Positions 58,693 through 64,000 of a DNA stretch of 64,000 bases are shown here, piece after piece; positions within the stretch are counted from its first letter, which is position 1; every line of letters begins with the position of its first letter. Made by a program: the position numbers and the translations under genes. This stretch comes from Patescibacteria group bacterium. Its GTDB lineage: Bacteria; Patescibacteriota; Minisyncoccia; UBA6257; 2-01-FULL-56-20. The notes under the pieces are model-generated. The model ran no database searches. It saw only the letters and a program-made list of their open reading frames with translations, and was not told the DNA's origin. The DNA lies in contig JANLHI010000022.1 in assembly GCA_024654525.1 (NCBI GenBank), positions 3,931 through 67,930 on the forward strand. Direction: 5' to 3'.

Positions 58693-59412
58693 TTACCCGT
58701 TCGGAAACATCTCGACTGCCCTTCGCTTTGCTTCTTCAAGAATCTGCTCCTCGCCGGGGAGAATGAGCGGCTTTCCTCTCACAATTTCTTTTACCGCGCC
58801 TTTCGCAAACATTTCAATCGTTTCAATCTGCACCTTATGCTCTACCGGCAATGCGCGGGCGGCAAGCGTTTCTGGCGTATCATCTTCTAAAATAGAAACT
58901 TGCTTTGCGTGTAATACTGCGCCTTTGTCATATTCGGTAGTCACGCGATGCGCCGTCATCTCTGTCCAAAAGTCCCGCTGCACCGCACGAACAAAAAATA
59001 ATCGTGCCGCATGCACACGCTTCCCATACATTCCTTTTCCACCGAAATCCGGCCGCCCCGGGTCAAGCGGGCCCGGATGTTGGTTTACAATCCTTCCCTC
59101 AAACGCCGCGATTACATTTTCCGGAGTTTTCACAAGCCAACCATATTGCCCCACAAAATCTACTCCACGCGCACGACATTCTTTGATAATCGACTCACCA
59201 AACTCATCACGCGAAGGAAACGCTTTTGGTGAAAGCACTATCACATCTTTTTTTGGCACGCCTGCGCGTTTCACGCGTTCGATACCGCCCGCCTCGGGTT
59301 TGCTCGCAATCACACACGCCACTTCCACGCCCGAAAGCCGTCCCATCTGTGTCGCGCGAATAATCGCCTCCGCAGTAGTCCCCCCGCCGGAAAGTAAAAT
59401 CGCAATTCTCAT
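58693..59412 (-). CDS. purN: GAR transformylase
   Basis: LLSGGGT, NQHPG, FGGKGMYG, YDKG. Confidence 0.9.
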   Translation of the reverse strand: MRIAILLSGGGTTAEAIIRATQMGRLSGVEVACVIASKPEAGGIERVKRAGVPKKDVIVLSPKAFPSRDEFGESIIKECRARGVDFVGQYGWLVKTPENVIAAFEGRIVNQHPGPLDPGRPDFGGKGMYGKRVHAARLFFVRAVQRDFWTEMTAHRVTTEYDKGAVLHAKQVSILEDDTPETLAARALPVEHKVQIETIEMFAKGAVKEIVRGKPLILPGEEQILEEAKRRAVEMFPNG

Positions 59413-59465
59413 TATATTAAAATTCATTCTACCTTTTCTCATCCAAAAACTCGACAAGCACGCCA

Positions 59466-59505
59466 TCCTCTATGGAACAATTCTATAGAATTGTTCCATA
59501 GAGGA
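59466..59505. repeat. 40-bp perfect palindrome (downstream of ArsR-2)
   Basis: TCCTCTATGGAACAATTCTA|TAGAATTGTTCCATAGAGGA. Confidence 0.95.
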
Positions 59506-59509
59506 AACC

Positions 59510-59797
59510 CTATACCAGTTTGATTAAAATTCTGAAATCTTCGGGCATGTTGGCGCCCAGAGAATAAAAAACGTGTCCGTTCATTCCTTTTGCATCCACT
59601 ACATCAAGTCGTTTAAGAATAGCGAGATGGTTTGAGGTCGCTTTAAGCGAAATTTCCAACTCATCCGCAATCTGTCCCACGTGCATCGCCGGCCCTTCCG
59701 AAAGCATCACTATAATTTTTAAGCGATTCACGTTCGCCAGCGCCCGAAACACCGTAGTCCAACGTTTATGATTCCGATTTCCTTTCGCCATGCCCAT
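59510..59797 (-). CDS. ArsR/SmtB family wHTH regulator
   Basis: FRALANVNRLKI..VGQIA..TSNHLAIL. Confidence 0.88.
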   Translation of the reverse strand: MGMAKGNRNHKRWTTVFRALANVNRLKIIVMLSEGPAMHVGQIADELEISLKATSNHLAILKRLDVVDAKGMNGHVFYSLGANMPEDFRILIKLV

Positions 59798-59814
59798 TCC
59801 ATATATTATATCGC

Positions 59815-59844
59815 ATTGGAACAATTCTATAGAATTGTTCCAAT
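59815..59844. repeat. 30-bp perfect palindrome (upstream of ArsR-2)
   Basis: ATTGGAACAATTCTA|TAGAATTGTTCCAAT. Confidence 0.95.
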
Positions 59845-59954
59845 AAAAAAATATTACCAGCCGTTATAGCCCTTGTGTTCTTTTTTTATAATTATTTTTG
59901 CTTTCGATTCCGACCTTTATTTTTTCAATACAGGAACCGGCATTTTCAACGTTC

Positions 59955-61382
59955 TCAACTCGCAAACAAGCTTCCCTGACGTTCATGCATCACTTCCATA
60001 ATACGGACTTCGCGAATACGTTCGCGGATATCTATCGAATATCCGCCCGTGAAGCACGAAAGATTGAACATGGTACGCGGAAGACGTGTTGCGCCCACCA
60101 ATCCACTAAGAGAAAGATAATACAGAGATGTTGCACCAAGATACCTTCCGATTTCTTCAACCGATTTATCCGTCGCGATTAAATCTTTTTGAGCCGGCGT
60201 ATCTATTCCATAAAAGTCAGGGAATAAAATCGGCGGAGAACTTATCAAGAAATGCACTTCACTCGCACCCGCCTCAAAAAGCGTTTTGATAATCCTACGC
60301 GATGTGGTGCCTCTCACAATCGAATCATCAATTAACACTACGCGCTTTCCCTTCAATACTTCCGGTAACGGCACCAATTTCATTTTCACGCCTAAATCGC
60401 GCGTATGCGAATCCGGTTCAATAAACGTGCGGTGAATATAGCGGTTTTTAAGGAGTGCGAGCTCAAGAGGAATTCCACTTTCCTGCGCATACCCAACCGC
60501 GACGTGAATCGCAGTCTCCGGAACCGGTACCACAATATCCGCGTCCGGATGATATTCTTTTGCAAGCTGAACACCGCAATTGCGACGCACTTCATAAACC
60601 GAACGTCCAAGAAACGTGCTGTCGGGACGGGCAAAATACACAAATTCAAAAATATCAAATTTTTGATCGGGCGGTACGATTTGCTCCGTTTGAATTCCCG
60701 ACTTATCCACGGTCACCATCTCACCGGGATTCACCTCACGCACAAATTCAGCTCCTATTGCGTGGAGTGCGCATGTCTCCGACGCAAATACTGTCCCGTT
60801 ACTATTAATCTTTCCCATCACAAGCGGACGAATACCGCACCCGTCACGCACCGCAACAAGGGAATCCCTTGTCATCGCCACCACCGAAAACGCACCGGTA
60901 AAAAGCGGGAACGCCTGACGCACCGCTTCACGCAACGTGCTTCCTTTTTTGAGATAATACCCCACCGCCTCCGCCATCAATTCTGAATCGTTTTTCCCTT
61001 CGACAGAGACTCCATTTGCACTTAAAAATTCTTCAAGTGCAACGGTACTCGGAAGATTCCCGTTATGCGCGAACGCAAGCGTATCGTCATACGCTTTTAC
61101 CGGCTGATTATGAAATGCATCGGTACCCTTCGAAGTCGAATAGCGAACATGTCCTATTGCACAATATCCTACAAGCGCACGAATATCTTCTTCGGCAAAC
61201 GCTTGTGCAACAAGTCCTCTCTTTCTGCAAAATCGGATTTGAGACCCGTCACTCGCCGCAATGCCCGCCCCCTCCTGTCCGCGATGCTGTAAAGAAAAAA
61301 GCCCATAGAATGCAAGTCGGCTTACGTCGAGTCCTTCGCCGAAAACACCAAACACACCGCATTTCTCATTCAACTCACGCAT
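59955..61382 (-). CDS. purF: amidophosphoribosyltransferase
   Basis: EKCGVFG, QHRGQE, DDSIVRGTT. Confidence 0.95.
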   Translation of the reverse strand: MRELNEKCGVFGVFGEGLDVSRLAFYGLFSLQHRGQEGAGIAASDGSQIRFCRKRGLVAQAFAEEDIRALVGYCAIGHVRYSTSKGTDAFHNQPVKAYDDTLAFAHNGNLPSTVALEEFLSANGVSVEGKNDSELMAEAVGYYLKKGSTLREAVRQAFPLFTGAFSVVAMTRDSLVAVRDGCGIRPLVMGKINSNGTVFASETCALHAIGAEFVREVNPGEMVTVDKSGIQTEQIVPPDQKFDIFEFVYFARPDSTFLGRSVYEVRRNCGVQLAKEYHPDADIVVPVPETAIHVAVGYAQESGIPLELALLKNRYIHRTFIEPDSHTRDLGVKMKLVPLPEVLKGKRVVLIDDSIVRGTTSRRIIKTLFEAGASEVHFLISSPPILFPDFYGIDTPAQKDLIATDKSVEEIGRYLGATSLYYLSLSGLVGATRLPRTMFNLSCFTGGYSIDIRERIREVRIMEVMHERQGSLFAS

Positions 61383-61387
61383 GATTG

Positions 61388-62158
61388 TTATTTAAAATAA
61401 GAAACTGCATTTTTGAAAAGTTTGAGGCCGGGACCGTCCGTAGGAATTCTTTTTTTATTTCTTGACGATTGCTCCTTAAGATATGGCCAATGTGGTAACT
61501 GTGTAAAAAACTGTGCGCGTTCTGGATGAGGCATCATTCCCAATATTCTACCATTGCGTGCGAGAACACCCGCGATGTTTTTAACCGATCCGTTTGGATT
61601 TGCGGGTAAATTCTCGTGCTCACATATTTCCCCCTTTATATAGGTAAATGCGATTGCGTGATTCTTCTCAAGATACGCAAGTGTTTCTGCATCCGCGACA
61701 AATTTTCCTTCGCCATGAGCAATCGGGAGCATTGCGTGTTGTACACCGCGAAGCCAAGGGCTCTCTCCCCGCACTTCGACATCCACCCATCTCACTATAT
61801 ACCGCGCGGAATCGTTATAGGTGAGTGCCCCCGGAAGAAGTCCTGTATTCGTCAAAATTTGAAACCCGTTGCAAATCCCTATTCCCAACTTATCCGCAGA
61901 AAAGAAATTTTCGATTTCCTGTGCAAAATGATTTTTTATTTTGTGTGCATATGCCTTTCCCGAACCTGTGTCGTCTCCGTAAGAAAATCCTCCCGGCATC
62001 GCGAGAATTTTATATGCTTTAAGCGAAATAAGTCCGTCCACAATATCATTGATATGCACGATATCCGCTTTCGCACCGGCCCGCTCGAACGCGACTTTTG
62101 TTTCTTCTTCGCAATTCAAGCCATATCCGGAAAAAATTATAACTTTTGGTTTTTGCAT
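61388..62158 (-). CDS. purQ: FGAM synthase glutaminase subunit
   Basis: GGFSYGD, GICNGFQ, MMPHPER. Confidence 0.95.
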   Translation of the reverse strand: MQKPKVIIFSGYGLNCEEETKVAFERAGAKADIVHINDIVDGLISLKAYKILAMPGGFSYGDDTGSGKAYAHKIKNHFAQEIENFFSADKLGIGICNGFQILTNTGLLPGALTYNDSARYIVRWVDVEVRGESPWLRGVQHAMLPIAHGEGKFVADAETLAYLEKNHAIAFTYIKGEICEHENLPANPNGSVKNIAGVLARNGRILGMMPHPERAQFFTQLPHWPYLKEQSSRNKKRIPTDGPGLKLFKNAVSYFK

Positions 62159-62191
62159 ATAGGTTATTGACTACCGTTCATATGGCATAAA

Positions 62192-64000
62192 TTAATAATT
62201 TTTAAATGTCCCTCGATATGCTTCAAGCGCACTCTTTATATTAATCCGTACCGCACGCGCACCATCCCATCCTTTAATATGCACGACTCCATCATGTGCT
62301 ACCGTGCCAATGCGCATACATGCATTTCCCCGCATAAGCGCTTCAAACTCCTTGCATTTTTTCGGATCCACACTTACCACTATCCGTCCCTGCGATTCAG
62401 AAAAAAGCGCGAGATCATCACGAGTATGATTTCCCGGAACATTCCTTAAATCTATATCCGCGCCAAGCATTCCTCCCATCGCGCTTTTCATAAGTGCGAC
62501 CGCAAACCCCCCGCGCCCCACACTTACCGCCGATGCCACAAATCCTCGCGCAAGCGCACGCGCCATTGCGCGATATAATTTCCCGTTTTTCTTCGCATCA
62601 ACGCGTGGCACACTATTCCCCATACAATCCTTTCCTATGCGCTCGGACTGCATAACCGCATATTCCGTTCCGCCGATTTCATCATTCGTTTCTCCTAAAA
62701 TATAAATCGCATCTCCGGATATTTTAAAGTCAGAGGTAATGCATTTTGTGCTATCAGACACAATACCGATTGCCGAAATAAGAAGCGTGGGAGGAACCGA
62801 AATAGAAACAGGTTTTCCTTCGGCATCAAACCCTTTGAAATCATTAAACATACTGTCCTTTCCCGAAATGAACGGGGTGCCGTACGCAACCGCATAGTCA
62901 TAACATGCATGTACGGCATCTTTCAGTTGCGCAAGACGCACCGGATTATGCGAGTCGCACCAGCAAAAATTATCCAAAATTGCAATCCTGTCGGGATCGG
63001 CTCCACCCACCACCGCGGTGCGCACCGCCGTATCAATCGCACATGCCGCCATGTCGTATGCATTAATTTCCGAATACGTGGGATACAATCCCTGCGAAAG
63101 CACCACTGCCTGTTTTGAATCAAGTCTTGGACGCGTCACAGTCGCATCCACATTCACACGCCCGCGTCCCGCGAATGGTTTTATCACCGATCCTCCCTGC
63201 ACCTCGTGGTCGTACTGGCTCGAGATATGCGCAAAACTCGCGATATTCGGACGCGCAAGCATTTCGAGAATCGTTGCATTAAATGCACCGGAAGATTCTT
63301 TTGGAGGCTCACTACGACGAATATGCGCCACACTCGACATCATGTCGCGCCGCACCCATCCTTCATGGAGAAAATCCATACTAATATCCATTATTTTTTT
63401 TCCATCATGCTCCACCACGCACCGCCCCGAATCCGTAAACTCGCCAACAATCGTCGCCTCCACGCCGCGCCTTCGAAACAACGTCACAAGCTCTTTTAAT
63501 TTTTCCTTCGGTACCGCAAGCGTCATTCTTTCCTGCGACTCTGAAATCCAAATTTCCCACGGCGCAAGTCCGGGATATTTCAGAGGCACCTTATCAAGAG
63601 CCACTTTACATCCGCCCGACTCTTTCGCCATCTCAGCAATTGAGCATGAGATCCCTCCCGCGCCGTTATCAGTAATACTCGAATATAATCCTTTATCGCG
63701 CGCTTCCTTCACCAATACATCGGAAAGTTTTTTCTGCGTAATAGGGTCGCCAATTTGCACCGCCATCGCGGGACTCCCCGCGTCGAGCGCGACGGACGAG
63801 AACGTCGCGCCATGAATTCCATCGAGTCCCACACGATTCCCCGCAATTACAATATAATCCCCCGACCGCGCCCGCTTCTCATATAATTTGCGGGATATCC
63901 CCCGTGAACCCGAATGGCTTTTACGGGGAATCAATCCCACGGTTCCCACAAATACTCCCGGCTTCGCACGATACCGCGGGTCAAAGAACACAAATCCCTG
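62192..64000 (-). CDS. purL: FGAM synthase subunit PurL; 5' end lies outside the window
   Basis: DGIHGA, DNGAGG, SESQERM, SGKDS. Confidence 0.93.
   Translation of the reverse strand, partial: QGFVFFDPRYRAKPGVFVGTVGLIPRKSHSGSRGISRKLYEKRARSGDYIVIAGNRVGLDGIHGATFSSVALDAGSPAMAVQIGDPITQKKLSDVLVKEARDKGLYSSITDNGAGGISCSIAEMAKESGGCKVALDKVPLKYPGLAPWEIWISESQERMTLAVPKEKLKELVTLFRRRGVEATIVGEFTDSGRCVVEHDGKKIMDISMDFLHEGWVRRDMMSSVAHIRRSEPPKESSGAFNATILEMLARPNIASFAHISSQYDHEVQGGSVIKPFAGRGRVNVDATVTRPRLDSKQAVVLSQGLYPTYSEINAYDMAACAIDTAVRTAVVGGADPDRIAILDNFCWCDSHNPVRLAQLKDAVHACYDYAVAYGTPFISGKDSMFNDFKGFDAEGKPVSISVPPTLLISAIGIVSDSTKCITSDFKISGDAIYILGETNDEIGGTEYAVMQSERIGKDCMGNSVPRVDAKKNGKLYRAMARALARGFVASAVSVGRGGFAVALMKSAMGGMLGADIDLRNVPGNHTRDDLALFSESQGRIVVSVDPKKCKEFEALMRGNACMRIGTVAHDGVVHIKGWDGARAVRINIKSALEAYRGTFKNY
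63900..63928. repeat. CCCCGT..ACGGGG palindromic element in frame inside purL
   Basis: CCCCGTGAACCCGAATGGCTTTTACGGGG, within PRKSHSGSRG. Confidence 0.5.

Noticed and set aside
1-64000. Alternative genetic code (UGA recoding), prophage, DGR or retron
   Set aside because: Conserved genes are intact in the standard code and several end in TGA. No integrase, phage structural or reverse transcriptase genes were seen.

Overview
Bacterial genomic DNA in the standard code. It probably comes from a Patescibacteria/CPR (Parcubacteria-like) organism; this is inferred from compact gene packing, scarce Shine-Dalgarno motifs and the Cys-rich hypothetical families present. Most of the window is housekeeping: thrC, a near-complete de novo purine pathway in two clusters, a P-type ATPase, uppP, lexA, and DEAD-box and UvrD helicases. 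The standout is a methionine/SAM locus at about 7.0-13.9 kb. It carries metG, an atypical tRNA(CAU), a divergent metK, and an RlmN/Cfr-like radical SAM enzyme whose methyl-carrier Cys is replaced by Met (GAGMGQF instead of AACGQL). The radical SAM gene and metK share a homologous ~190-nt 5' region: a promoter, a covarying multi-stem RNA, and an identical 34-nt block read in frame as DGHAMGMRNAR in both. Other notable items are a SAM-I riboswitch ahead of an orphan gene, a leader-peptide attenuator ahead of a GNAT gene, a tRNA-minihelix-like hairpin, two ArsR genes each bracketed by twin long perfect palindromes, and three apparent in-frame palindromic insertions inside enzymes. All calls were made by eye; no database searches or folding programs were run.
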